Source of the DNA: Tubulanus polymorphus
Taxonomy: Eukaryota > Animalia > Nemertea
Direction of reading: 5' to 3'
Length of the DNA stretch: 64,000 bases
Assembly: GCF_964204645.1 (NCBI RefSeq)
Contig: NC_134028.1
Span: forward strand, 11,393,263 to 11,457,262
Part shown: piece by piece, positions 1-12,640 of the stretch
Layout of the letters: each line of letters starts with the position of its first letter
How positions within the stretch are numbered: position 1 is the first letter of the stretch
The notes under the pieces: generated by a model
Database searches by the model: none
Told to the model about the DNA's origin: nothing
Seen by the model: only the letters and a program-made list of their open reading frames with translations
Position numbers and translations under genes: made by a program

Positions 1-473
1 TCTGAGACGCTGCATATGGGTGGGCAACACGGTCAGAACATCGCTAAAAATTCCAATCATATTAATTTTGATCCAAAGATTGTGTGAATGAATGTTTTAA
101 CCAATGGTTTAAACACCCGAAATTCATAACTGAGGCACAAATCACAGTGTTGAGAGAACTGTACTGTCGTACTGTTCTGATGCTGCGTTGTGTATCCTAA
201 GTCGGTCAGGTCAGTAAATTACTATAGTACTACTACAGAAGCATAGTACGGTACTTTACTGTTAGATGGCGAACACATCTTTTTTAACCAAATTTCAGCC
301 CGGGCCTAAAATGAATATTGTGACTCCCTCGGACAACCAATCTGTTTAAAACATGTAACTTGACGACGGGAAAAACTGGTATTAAGCATCAGTAAAAGGA
401 CGTTTCAATACATGCATTAATTTCCCTACAATGTGTCGCGGTAAATACCGTCCGTTCTGCTTTATAGTATAGA
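1..473 (-). mobile_element. Non-autonomous Helitron-like repeat, 5' part (copy 1)
   Basis: On the minus strand it begins A|TCTATACTATAAAG, a typical Helitron 5' end. 265-473 is an inverted, diverged copy of 4998-5206. The 3' end is not seen in the window. Confidence 0.45.
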
Positions 474-569
474 TATTCATAAGGAATAAATAATATGTTT
501 TCACTTAGTAAAAATAAAAAATAGATTCTATTATAACTATTTATATAAATAGTTTTATCATATATATTT

Positions 570-797
570 CTGTTTCAATATTTATTTATCTCACAGATTT
601 ATTATATATATTTGGAAAAGTATAAATATTATTATTGAAACAGTAATATATAATAAATCTGTGTGATAAATAAATATTATTATTGAAACAGTAATATATA
701 ATAAATCTGTGTGATAAATGAATATTATTATTGAAACTGTAATATATAATAAATCTATCAGATGAATGAATATTACTATTGAAACTGTAATATATAA
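570..797. repeat. ~47-bp tandem repeat (about 4 copies) with an upstream inverted partial copy
   Basis: Unit ATTATTATTGAAACAGTAATATATAATAAATCTGTGTGATAAATAAAT from ~624; inverted partial copy at 570-609. Confidence 0.85.
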
Positions 798-841
798 AAT
801 ATATTAGTTGAAATGTATGAAAATGAGTAAATTATATTTAT

Positions 842-919
842 GTTAAACAGGGGTTGAGATATCAATGTATTAAATACGTAGTTAAACAGGGGTTGAGATA
901 TCAATGTATTAAATACGTA
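842..919. repeat. 39-bp perfect direct repeat x2
   Basis: GTTAAACAGGGGTTGAGATATCAATGTATTAAATACGTA at 842-880 and 881-919. Confidence 0.9.
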
Positions 920-1028
920 TTAAAGGTATTAAAATACATATTATGCTTTAAGTGAAAACATATAATTTATTCATTTTTATATTCTATTTATAAAATAAAA
1001 TTCTAATTTGAAATATTATAGAATTTTG

Positions 1029-1355
1029 AATGTGTATGAGTGGATGAGTTGGATGAATTGGATGAATGGATGAATATGGATGAGTGTAATAATATATGAT
1101 TTACACATGTTTTCATTTTAAAAAACAGTAAGAGTTTGATTTTAAGTTATTTATGCTATATTTAAATATTATTTTAATAAAATATATATATATATATATT
1201 TTGTTAAATTTAATATAGAATATAAATATTATAATTATACTCATAATATTCTTCCAATTCATGTGTTAAAAAGTAAAATATATATATTATTACACTCATC
1301 CATCCTCATCCACTCATCCATTCATCCAACTCATCCACTCATCCATCAATGTGTA
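1029..1355. repeat. Foldback element with inverted (GGATGA)n arrays
   Basis: Left arm TGAGTGGATGAGTTGGATGAA..., right arm ...TTCATCCAACTCATCCACTCA, central palindromic (TA)n. AATGTGTA is directly repeated at 1029-1036 and 1348-1355. Confidence 0.7.
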
Positions 1356-1415
1356 AATTGAAATTGATCTTTTTCATTGTCAAACTTAATTTGAATTATG
1401 TAATTTATCATCTAA

Positions 1416-2152
1416 TTCATGAAGATTCAATGTATTGTTCATTATTTGGGTCATTGTTCCATGATTCAATGAATTTCTTTGCTTTATCTAATTGCTCCAA
1501 ATATAACTGTAAATCTAGTTTGTTAGGTTTTTTTTTAATTTTCTTTCTTTTCGAGGGGCCTTAGATTCTTCCGATTCCATATCAATTTCTGGTTGTATTC
1601 ATCATTCATGTTAAATTTAGATACCGGTAACACATGATCTATTTGAAAATAATTTCCATAATTAATTATATTCATTTCATCATTGAACTGAAATATGATC
1701 CATAAAAATTTATCTGAACAATCCAATAAATTTGTTAGTTTTTCTGAGTGTGTATCTTTACTGAATAAATTTGATAATCTAATTCTCAAACATTGTTTCA
1801 ATTTAAAATTAAAATCTGTTCGACGCCTTTCTTTTTGATAATTATTATAATATTCATTAAAATGTTCTCTATTATTAGCTATACATTGTTTTTTCAGTGC
1901 TTTATATTTTTCTGAATTATTTGCTTGATATTGCTTAATCTTATCTTTGCGTGTTTCAATATTATTTCTATAATATTGTTTAACATATAGTTTACTACAA
2001 GTTTTACAATAACTTTGCTTACCATCTTTCTGAGTTTTATGATTATAATATTCTGATAATGATTTATTTGTTTTACACTTCCAACATTTCTTCCGATAAA
2101 TATTTATTACCCCAGTATTATTGTTTAAATCAATCGTTTGCGGCTGTTCCAT
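1416..2152 (-). pseudogene. HNH-like endonuclease with N-terminal CxxC...CxxC zinc ribbon (element Z), 3' end disrupted
   Basis: ORF 1535-2152 has FQIDHVLPVSKF...WNRKNLRPLEKKEN. The C-terminal LDLQLYLEQLDKAKKFIESWNN.. continues past a stop to ~1416. Confidence 0.75.
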
Positions 2153-2233
2153 TTAATATACATATTTTTATTAAAATATCATAAAAAAACTTAATTTGAA
2201 TTATGTAATTTCTCATCTAATTCATGAATATAT

Positions 2234-2488
2234 CTATGAGTTTTTAAAACTCTTTTCATTTTTATACCTTTTATTACATACTTCACAACACTTATTTATT
2301 CGATCTGAAATATAATTTATATTTTCTTTTAGTTCAGCGTATCTAATTTTACAGCTATCATAGAATTCTAACAATTGTTTCATACTGTAAACTGAGAATG
2401 AAAATAAACCTGTAAGCATAATAATTGATTTAATATTCTGTTGATTTCTGTAAATAAGATGTAATAAATTTAATATATTTTCACTCAT
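2234..2488 (-). CDS. Hypothetical Maverick protein with C-terminal zinc-finger-like motif (probably truncated)
   Basis: CCEVCNKRYKNEKSF motif; AT-rich composition like the Maverick genes. Confidence 0.35.
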   Translation of the reverse strand: MSENILNLLHLIYRNQQNIKSIIMLTGLFSFSVYSMKQLLEFYDSCKIRYAELKENINYISDRINKCCEVCNKRYKNEKSFKNS

Positions 2489-3989
2489 TTTTTGACGCCT
2501 TATAAAACGTTACCATTATGAAACCTAAACAATGCTAACCATTCAGCGTCATTTTACAAACGACAGCCGTAAATCGATGTGCAAAACGTCACAGGTTTAT
2601 GTGTACACAAACAAGCTATTTGGCAAAATATTATTGACATAGATGTAGAATGGCTTCCTGTGATTATATAATGACCTATATTTGAACGTCGAAATGTTAT
2701 ATTGCATTTAATATCATTAGAAGACGTATTGTAATAGTAAAGGATGTATGATTATATCAGAAGCGGCAGGCATAAATAGAAATGATAAGTAAATCGGATT
2801 ATTCGGTTAAATGGCGGATGTATACACGATGCGGAAGTCTGATATAAAAGTCAGACCCTGACGTGGGCATGCCGGTGGAATGACGAAGCTATCTACGATG
2901 TGTGTAGGGCAAGCGTGAATTTCATCAGCGGCTACAAGCGGTCAATATGAAAATGTGTAAACATATAATTTTAATATTCAAACGTTTTAGAAAATATGTT
3001 TGATATTAGGAGTATGCAAGTTTCGTGAGATTAGCATTTTATAATAGCATAGCTGTCATATACGGCTCCGTGTCCTCTGATGGCATGTGTATTAGGTGAC
3101 AATTCAATTCTTTATTGATCCTTATTACATTGAAATTCCGGGATAAAATTCCCAAATTCAATAAATACAAATTTTGTAATAAATTAATACAACATACATG
3201 ACACATGGGTAATTCATACAGAACAACATAAGCATGTTATTTTAAATGACAATGTCTATTTCAACCCACCCAGACTCAAGACTCTAGGATATCGAGTGAC
3301 AGCCAAACCCGTGGCCCGGGCCGGCTGGCTAGGCCACACGATATGCTCGAAGTCATGATGAAGCAGACATCAGAAGAGCTCTTTCTTCATCCATGGAGGC
3401 AATGAAGTTGCAAACCAGCTTAGAGGCATAAGTAAATGAAGTCGGTCGCAAGTTCGCGATCTATTATTGATAATTTTCAATAAAAAAATTTAAACCACTA
3501 CTAGAGTCGAAGACCTGTATCATCTACCCAATCGCCAAATCTCATCATTCCCCAAATTTCTTAAAACTTCGATTTCAAATTTGCAATTCCACATTAGCTA
3601 AGCCCAGAAATTCTACATTTTTTCCCCAGGCGTCAAATAATTTTCTAAAATTAATTTTCTTGTTATAGTTAAAATATATGAAATAAATTAAATTAAAAGA
3701 TTCTGTTTTAATCCTCCAATTCTTTTAAACCATTCACTTTTTTATGATTATTTTCATTTCCATTTTAACTTCTTTAATTTCTTGCTCAATTTAATATTTT
3801 CACTCATTAGATCCTTACTAATATTCTCATAGTAAAAGTATAATGCAGCTAATATTAACCCTCCTGCTATAAGATAATGCTTCAAATCACTTTTCCCAAT
3901 TGGAATGCTGAAATCTTCCATTTATTTAAGAGAAAAATTAAATAGTTTATAAAATATTAAATAATTAGAGTTGAATTATTATTTTTGAG

Positions 3990-4439
3990 TTATGATATTT
4001 TGTGGTGTGATTTATTGCTTCGAGTATAATATTTTCTACAATGACATAACACTTTTTCATTAGGTTCATATTTAGGTGTTTCGATTTTATTGTCTAAGTT
4101 ACATTGAATTCCAACATCTTTGAATGATTTTTCATTGGGAATGTCAGGGGTAAATCTTTTCTCTTGTAATCTGAAAAATAATACATAACATTCTCTGAAA
4201 GGGCAATAACGTAAGTGTAGAAATAATGATTTATCTGAATTTTCATTATTAAAAAGTGATTGCATTTCATCTGTAATTATTAAATGTTTATCTATTTCTT
4301 CAAATGTTGTGAATTTTGGAATTATTGTATTGAATAAGATTTTATCTTTATCATTCGATAACTCTATTATTAGATAATGATTTTTAAAATTTTTCCATTT
4401 TAATATCAAATTTTTTATTAAAATTGATATTTTCTTCAA
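3990..4439 (-). CDS. Hypothetical Maverick protein (C-terminal CxC..H zinc-finger-like)
   Basis: 149-aa ORF ending VLCHCRKYYTRSNKSHHK, adjacent to the Z terminus. Confidence 0.35.
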   Translation of the reverse strand: MKKISILIKNLILKWKNFKNHYLIIELSNDKDKILFNTIIPKFTTFEEIDKHLIITDEMQSLFNNENSDKSLFLHLRYCPFRECYVLFFRLQEKRFTPDIPNEKSFKDVGIQCNLDNKIETPKYEPNEKVLCHCRKYYTRSNKSHHKIS

Positions 4440-4607
4440 CTCGTTAATTCCTCGTTACTTTTATGTTAAAATAAGAATTTAGTGTTAAAATCAAGAATTT
4501 AACACATATAAATATAAATATTCACTGTTGTCTCGACGCAAGTTTTCACTTGTGAATTACTCGTACTTTTTATGTTAAAATCAAAAATTTAACACATTTA
4601 GATTTTA

Positions 4608-4720
4608 AGTAATAGGGTATTAGTTGTTCTATATCAAAGGTTGGATGGTCGAAAAAATAAATTCGAGTGTGCGAGAATTTATTTTTCGACCTTACCCTAA
4701 TACCCTATTACCCTATTACT
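4608..4720. repeat. Terminal hairpin of Maverick Z (right end, internally deleted)
   Basis: AGTAATAGGG...AAATAAATTCGAGTGTGCGAGAATTTATTT...CCCTATTACT; loop matches the right-end hairpin loop of B. Confidence 0.75.
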
Positions 4721-4997
4721 ACTGTTAGACCGTCCACTGATTAGATAACCAGGTCTCGACGGTACCACTACGGGACCAATCGTAGATATTACTAAGCTTC
4801 CATTCAACATGAACTTATAGTAATAATCTGAACCTATCAATAATGATACATCAAATGGGTGTATCCAATAATCAGGTGGGTGAGCTAGTCGTAAGCTTTT
4901 GAATTCTTTAATCTCGGAAACGAAACTGATCTGTGTCCCGATTGTTCTCGTTATTTCTGGAACAACGATGACGTCAATGTAAACAACCTTATTATCA

Positions 4998-5206
4998 TCT
5001 ATACTATAAAGCAGAACGGACGGTATTTACCGCGACGTATTATAGGGAAATTAATGCATGTATTGAAACGTCCTTTTACCGATGCTTAATACCAGTTTTT
5101 CCCGTCATGAAGTTACATGTTTCAAACAGATTGGTGGCCCCAGGGAGTCACAATATTCATTCTAAGCCCGGACTAAAATTCGGTTAAAAAAGATGTGTTC
5201 GCCATC
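4998..5206 (+). mobile_element. Helitron-like repeat 5' part (copy 2), cut by insertion of Maverick A
   Basis: A|TCTATACTATAAAG start. Homology to copy 1 stops at GCCATC, exactly where AGTAATAGGG of element A begins. Confidence 0.5.
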
Positions 5207-5367
5207 AGTAATAGGGAATATGGGGGTTCAGGCTAAATTCACAATCGAATTTATTTTTCAACCCTTCAACCTTTGAACCCCCATATTCCCTATTACTTTT
5301 AAGATATTCATGTATATGAATATGAATAACTTCTAAAATAAATTTTAATAAAAAATTTGATATTGAA

Positions 5368-8153
5368 ATGTAAGCAAATTAGAAGTACTACTGTTCAACA
5401 TGTAAAATTAATATAGATAAATCTCAAAAAGCAAGACACAATAAAACTAAATCACACTTAGAAAATAGATTAAACTTCGAATATAAAGATGATATATTAG
5501 AAAATAAATTAGAGGAATTGAAGAATAAAAAAGAAACATACAAATGTGATACATGTAATCAATCATTCAGCGAAAAAAGATATTATGAACAAGATTTAAA
5601 ATCTAAAAGTCATATTAGAAATATTAATAATGATATTTTAGGTGAAGATTATTTTGATAAAGATAATGATAAGAAACAGAAGACAATTAAAAGAATAAAA
5701 AATAGAATAAACAATAAAAGGCCATACATGGAAGATGTTAGAAATTATATTAATTCATTAGATAATAAAAAAGAAATAGAAATAACTGAAGCATTTAAAA
5801 GTGATATAGGACCAGCTGCTATTGAATTTAAATTTCATAAAGGCAAAACATATATAGCAAGAAAATATAAAACATTTAGAAAATATGAAAAGTATTATAA
5901 AAATAATTACTGGTGTTGAATACCCTAAAATTAGCATATCGGCTAAAGTTAAATTTTTAAAATCTGAAGATAAACCAATATATAATATAAATTTTCATTC
6001 ACAACATATTATTTCAAAACAACATATAGATGAAAAATTAGATAAATGTTATAATGAAGTAAAAACTAAAATAGAAGAGAAATATTTTGAAGGATCTGGT
6101 TTAATATTTAATGAAATAATATTTATGACTTTACATGTTTATAACACAAAATATAATAAGTTAACTAAATCAAAACCAATAGATGAAAATAATTTATCAT
6201 ATTCTAAATATGATAATATAAATGGATCAAGTTATATTAAACTACCATTTAAAACTAATGCTGTTATAAATGTACAAAATGAAGATGATAAATGTTTTCT
6301 ATGGACAATTATAAGTTGCTTACATCCAGTTGAAGATTATAATCAACGTACTTATAGATTAACAAATTATGAACAATTTGAAAATAATTTTAAGATAGAC
6401 AATTATCCTGTTAGAATAAAACAAATACCACAAATAGAAAGAGATAATAATTTCAAAATAAATGTATTCAATTTAATCAAATTACCAAAACCAAAAGGTA
6501 ATTATATTAAACATTATACATTAGAACCTTTATACCTATCAAAAGATTATGATTCAAATGGTGTTATAGATATATTATATTATGAAAATCATTTTATGTG
6601 GAATAAACAAATCGATTTATTTTTTAGAACAGAAAATGATCACCATAAAATATATCTATGTAGAAAATGTATAACTAAATTCAGTAATGAAAGTGCATTA
6701 TTAAATCATAAACAATTATGTGATAATCATGATTATTGTAAAATGATTTTACCAAATGAAAAAGATAAGATATTAGAATTCAAAAAATATGATTACAAAA
6801 ATAAAGTACCATTTGTAATATATGGAGATTTTGAATCGCTAAATAAGGAATTAACTGATCAAGATAGAAAAGAAATATATTATAAAAGAAAGAAATTAAA
6901 TTCTGAAAATGATGTAATTGATTATTCAGATCCTCTAATAACAAATACTATTAAAAAGATTCATCAAAGTGCCGCAGCTTTTGGATTATATATAAAATCT
7001 GATTATCCAGAACTAATTGAAAGTGAATATTATCATTATAGAAATGATCATTTTTGTGACTTATTAATTGAATATGAAATAAAATTTAATAAATTGTTAA
7101 ATACAAATAAAGAAATTATAATGACAGAAGAAGATAAAGAAGAATTTGAGTTTTCAGACAAATGTTATTATTGTGAAAAACTATTTAATTTTAAAGATAA
7201 AAAAGTAAGAGATCATGATCATTTGAATGGAAAATTTAGAGGTGCAGCACATGAGAATTGTAATTTACAAACAAAGAAAATCAATTTTGTTCCAGTTATA
7301 TTTCATAATTTATCAGGGTATGATGCTCATTTATTCATCAAGCAACTATGTCATAAAATAGAAGAAATCAATAATGAAATAGGAAGATCAAATACAAATA
7401 GATCAAAAGGTGTTTCTAAAATACCAAATTATAAATTTAAGATGTTAGCTAAAACATCTGAAAATTATATATCTTTCCAATTTGGGGGTCTAAGATTTAT
7501 AGATTCATATAGATTTTTAAGTAGTTCATTAGATAATTTATCAAAATCATTAGTTGATGATGAATTAGAAATATCAAAGCAACACTATCCAAATAATGAT
7601 GATTTTCAATTAATGAGATATAAAGGAGCAATTTCATATAGTTTTTATAAATCAAATAATGATTTCAATATAACTGAATTATTAAAAGAACAGTTCTATG
7701 ATGATTTAAAAAATGAATATGTTAAAGATGATGTCTATAATAGAACATTGAAGATTTGGAATCATTTTGGAATGAAAAATCATGGACAATTAGTAGATTT
7801 ATATTTAAAATCAGATGTATTATTATTAACTGATATATTTGAAAGGTTTAGAGATGTAAATCTAAAATATTTTAATATTGATCCATGTCATTGTTATTAT
7901 AGTCCGGATTTAGCTTGGGATTGTGGATTAAAATTTACAGATATAAAAATGGATTTGTTAACAAATATAGATCAATTATTATTATTTGAAAAATCTATAA
8001 GAGGAGGAGTTTCAGGTGTATTAGGTGATAGATATTTCAATGTAAATGATAACCCTGGATATAAGATATTATATATAGACGCAAATAATCTATATGGTTG
8101 GGCAATGATGGAACCACAGCCTTATGGAGTATTTGAAATAACTGAAGTTTTAC
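5368..8153 (+). pseudogene. polB: Protein-primed family B DNA polymerase, element A, truncated
   Basis: ORFs 5518-5919 and 5885-8188 are homologous to 40000-44034; the sequence ends just after YIDANNLYG. Confidence 0.9.
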
Positions 8154-8185
8154 TTTGGCATGACGTCATAGACGTCAACCAATGC

Positions 8186-8768
8186 TAAAAATTAAATGAA
8201 CTAACAATTCATAAGAAATATTTAGTTACAAATATTGATACCGTTACTAATAAATATGGAGATAAATTAGTTATTCACTTAGAATATGAAGGATTAAAAG
8301 GAAATAAATATAAATTCAGAACATATTTACCAGATAGATTTCATAGATTATCCAGTGAAGATCTAGAAGAATTATGTTCTGGTGATTGAAATGAAAAGGG
8401 GCACCATGACATAGATTTTGAATAATATAAAAGTATGTAAAATAAATGGTAGAATTGAAAGAATATAGAATATTTGTTGATTCAAGAAGACTTACAAATT
8501 ACAAATCTCATAATTTACTAGTGCAATTAGATAGAGAATTTAAGAATTGTGTTGATTTAAAATTAGTAAATGTAAGTTTATGTAATTCTTTTTATAATAT
8601 ATCGAATAAAACTCGTGAAAATAGAGGCTTTTTGATTTTTAATAAAAGTTAAAATAAATGGTATCATCTATATCTAAAACCGGGGTTATATAATTTAGAT
8701 ACATTGGCACAAGAAATTAATTTAAAAAAGCCTGGCACAAGTTAGGTAGTGATGCTGGATTTAACAGT
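8186..8768 (+). pseudogene. Remnants of the 113-aa gene and penton gene (element A)
   Basis: Homologous to 28552-29670 with internal deletions; ORF 8446-8652 is the penton N-terminus. Confidence 0.8.
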
Positions 8769-8837
8769 TAAATGTTGAAATAATTATAACTAAGTTAACT
8801 AAATATTTTTTGAAGGAGGTGATTTTTTTATTAATAA

Positions 8838-9059
8838 ATGAGTGATAATAAGTGGATAATAACTGGTTTATATAATGGAGCATTACTATCAGTTGGAACT
8901 GTTGGATATACAATGGTATTAAAAAAAGTATTTAAAATGGGAAGTGTTAATGTTGATAGATTTGATATCAATGATATCTTAAAATTAACGTTAGCAGTTA
9001 CTTTATCTAATTTAACTATTGATTATTTGGAAAAACAAAAATATATTCCTCCTATATAA
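8838..9059 (+). CDS. 73-aa small hydrophobic protein (element A)
   Basis: Intact homolog of 45539-45760. Confidence 0.75.
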   Translation: MSDNKWIITGLYNGALLSVGTVGYTMVLKKVFKMGSVNVDRFDINDILKLTLAVTLSNLTIDYLEKQKYIPPI

Positions 9060-9083
9060 ATACATGATTTTTTTGTTAAATAA

Positions 9084-9964
9084 ATGGCATCTGCAATTAT
9101 AACTATTATAGGATCGGTAATTGTTAACGCTTTAGCATTTACTGGTGGTGGATATTTATATAAACATATTGATAAAAATGGTTCATTATCAGAACAAAAA
9201 AGACATAACTCAGCATTAGAGAAATATAATAAAGCTGCAGAAGAATATAGAGAAAAAAGACAAAACTATATGGATTATATTAACAAAGAATTATATGATC
9301 AGAAAATTTCACATAGAGATTTTCAATCAGTTGATGATGCAATGAGTTTATATAACGCAGTACCAAATTAAGAAAAATTACATAAACCTACAGTATCAGA
9401 TTATTACACCCCAAGTAATGAACAGAAGAAATATGAAATAATTTGGATTTTAGGTGGAACAGTTATTGTTATATTTGTGGCATATAACTTTACTAATTAG
9501 TAATTTTCTTTTCTAAATAAATGGATGATAAAGTTGATAATGTTGATATTATTCCTCATGATATAAATAAAACTAAATTAGAATTATATTTCGAAAAACA
9601 AATCTAAGAATTTGAAAATGATTTAAAAGTTTAAAAGAAAAAATATTTAAAAAGCAAAATTATATATTATGTTATTATTAGTGGTTCGGTTACAATAAGT
9701 TCTGTAATAACATTTTTAGCAATATTCAGTCCATTAACTCCTTTAGCTATATCAATAGCTATATCAATTGGTGTGTTAGGATTAAGTTCAAGTGTTTTAA
9801 CCGGAATAAGTTCAAAATTAAATATAGAAAGTAATAAAGAAAAAATTAAATCTCATATAAAAGAAATTAATAAATTGAAAAATACACTAGATTATATAAT
9901 AAGTTTAAATGGTAATATAACAATTCAAGAGGATAAATTATTAAAAGAATTAATAAATTATTAA
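9084..9964 (+). pseudogene. 140-aa and 144-aa membrane protein genes (element A), disrupted
   Basis: Homologous to 30278-30700 and 46227-46661, with premature stops. Confidence 0.8.
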
Positions 9965-9986
9965 TTTTTTTATTATATAAATGGCA

Positions 9987-10100
9987 AAACGCAATGTAAA
10001 GTTGATTATCATCAGCATAGAGATGATAATCAAGATCATGCTGTTGTCTGATGTTACCAAGAGGAGTAATGTACGCTGCAAAAAGCAAAGGGCCCAAAAC
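9987..10100 (-). repeat. 114-bp inverted copy of the L2 RT core (13086-13199)
   Basis: Reverse complement identical by eye to 13086-13199 (VLGPLLF...YADDNQLYIAF), inserted right after ATGGCA. Confidence 0.9.
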
Positions 10101-10495
10101 AAAGTTTACCAAAAGCTTTTCAATATAATAAATCAATTGAATATAATATTTCTGCAATAGATTTTATTAAAGATATTTCATATAGAAATGAAGTTTTAGA
10201 TTCATTAATTAATTTAGATATTTATGTTACTGAAACTAATAATTTTAATGCAAAGATGGAAAATATATTTCATGTATATTTAATTAATTTTAAAAAATTG
10301 AAAGATGAAAAACAATGGTTATTAAAATCTAATATGAAGTATTGGCAGAACCAATTAAATTTTGCAGTTTATTGTGCAACAACAGGTTGTGGAATTAGTT
10401 GGAATGATCATTTGGTTAATTCTAAATATAAATTAATTCAAAGTTTATTTAGATTCCATACATACTTTCAAATAAGATTAATATTAAATGAATTA

Positions 10496-12640
10496 AAGTC
10501 TGTCTCAGCCCAGTTTCCCGTGGCATTTCTTAGGGTAAGGATATCAAATGTACACATTTTAATTGGTACTGACAGCTGAAGTGGCTGGACCTCGCGCAAA
10601 GATTTAGTGAGTCAGCAAAATCAGCTGGCTGTTGCTATAGTCACGGCAAAGAGTGGTAACAAGAGCAAGAGCTACGAATGAATTCAGATTTGCTTTGCTA
10701 CCTCGTTGCATTTCTGATATATCTTAGAATTATTTTCAACTCTTGAGGTATCCAAGAGTGCATAACTTTTATAAATAGTTTTCATAGGTTTGTTTTGAAG
10801 TTGTCAGGGGTAATTTGATGGTCCAATTTCCTGGAATCTGTTAAGATTTAGAACATACAACACAGCTGGAGAGGCAAATAAGTAAGTAGAATGTAAAAGT
10901 ATCACTTCAGGAGACACACAATATTTGTTATTTATTCAATACAAATAAATTAATCCACCAGAGATCCAATTCCAAGCGCATTGATGTCATAACCATAGTC
11001 CATCTCCCAGGATTCACCCCAATCACTGTTCTCTGATTTCGGTTGATCTGAGTAATCACTATCGTCTCCGAGGTTGATAACAATTTGTTCAATGACATAG
11101 TCCATGATGCCCTCTATCTCATTTTATCCTCCACTTTTATGACATGGGCTATATAGTTCTTCCAATGATCGGCAGTGACACGAGACATGGCATCAATTAA
11201 AAGTAATTTTACATCATCCAGCTTTAAGGTTTTATTGTTCGCAGCCGCGTATCCTTTGATGTTGGTCCATACGATCTCAATCGGATTCAGTTCACGATGG
11301 TATTGGGGCAACCTCAAAACTGAATGGCCATTTCCTACCGCCAAAACATCCACTTTGTACGAAAGATAACGTGGTTTGTGTTGAAGAATTAAACCATATA
11401 GCACCGGTTTCGGCATGTCAGGTGACCAAAATATGCTTTTCTGTCTCAACCAGACCTGCATATCCTCTTTCAGTGCATTCGAAGTTGGAATGCTTTACAT
11501 TCTCACAGAGTGGTAACTCGCATTGTCCATGACGATCACTGAATTAGGAGGCAACTTAGGTAAAAGTGTCTCTTTGAACCACTTTTCAAAGTCTTCTCCG
11601 TTCATATCATCGTAGTAATCGGCATTTTTCCTTCTTGATTTAAAAACGAGTTCGCCACCTTCCAAAAAACTATCTTCGCTACCAACATGTAGAATTATAA
11701 GTCTGTCACCTTTGCCGGTTCGATCTTTAAGGCCTGTCGTCAATCCATCTAACCAGGCACTTTTACAGCTTTTAATGTTCATATCCACCAAGATTCTATC
11801 AGGGACCGATCCAACATTAAGCCAAGTTTCATCAAGGTAAAAAATCGTGCTTCCTTGTGCGCGCAACTTTTTAATTTCTCGCAAATACTTGTAGCGCCAG
11901 CTAACGATTTCATCTTTTTCTATCAACAAACAATTTCGCTCTCTCTTTTTAAACTTGAATCCAATATCCCTCAAAATTCTGTGAGATGTGGCCCTGGATA
12001 TTTTGGGGATATCGTCATCATCTTTGCATTTCTGCCAAATTTTGTTGAGAGTCGATGGTTCATTTATGCGGAAGAAGTCGTGAACTATACGACGGATGTT
12101 CGAAGGTACCATTTCATCCAGACCGGCTATATTTTTACCGTACTGGGGTTTTAAATCTTAAGGCTTTCGCGGTGTTTTAACTCGTCCAGTGTCCTTCATT
12201 TGTTTCCGTATATTACGAACTGATCGCTCACTTATCCCTCTCGCCTTTCCAGTTTCAATATCCACTTTTTCTACAGTTAATTTCTTGTATTTTTCGCGAA
12301 AATAGTTCCAAACTTTCAATACAATAGTTCTTTTAGAATGTTTTTTCAATCCAGAAGAAGTAGATGGAGTCGCAGGCATCATGTAGAACAAAAACAGGAA
12401 AAATGCAAATCCGCAGGAATAGAATGATAACATTTTTATAACTTTTCGAGGACGTGTTTATGGTATGAAGGCTACACATATAGTGGTCAGTAAGAAACTT
12501 ACATAATATGCACTCTTGGATACAGCTGCCAGATATCCTGCTGTGGAGTGCGTAGTTGTCATGCAGTAACCACTGGAATCAGACAATGTTATAAAAGTAA
12601 AGCTTCAATGTGCCGCGGCAAACTGGACTGAGACAGACTT
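10496..12640 (-). mobile_element. Tc1/mariner-superfamily DNA transposon, DD82E (Sailor-type)
   Basis: ~30-bp TIRs AAGTCTGTCTCAG(C/T)CCAGTTT, TA target duplication (10494-95 and 12641-42), host gene resumes on both sides. Confidence 0.85.
11114..12382 (-). pseudogene. DD82E transposase, two in-frame stops
   Basis: Three ORFs in one frame: N-terminal HTH, YLDETW, VMDNASYH, ELNPIE; 82 codons counted between the second D and E. Confidence 0.85.

Larger units (their letters stand above)
475..4720. mobile_element. Maverick/Polinton remnant Z (right-end portion, interrupted by unrelated DNA ~2490-3600)
   Basis: AT-rich, carries a minus-strand HNH-like gene homologous to those of B and C, and ends in a terminal hairpin (4608-4720) whose loop has the right-end orientation of B. 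Left boundary approximate. Confidence 0.6.

Noticed and set aside
4608-5297. Z right end and A left end as the two ends of one circularised or tandem element
   Set aside because: Their variable hairpin segments differ, flanking hexamers (ACTGTT vs GCCATC) do not match, and ~490 bp of unrelated DNA separates them.
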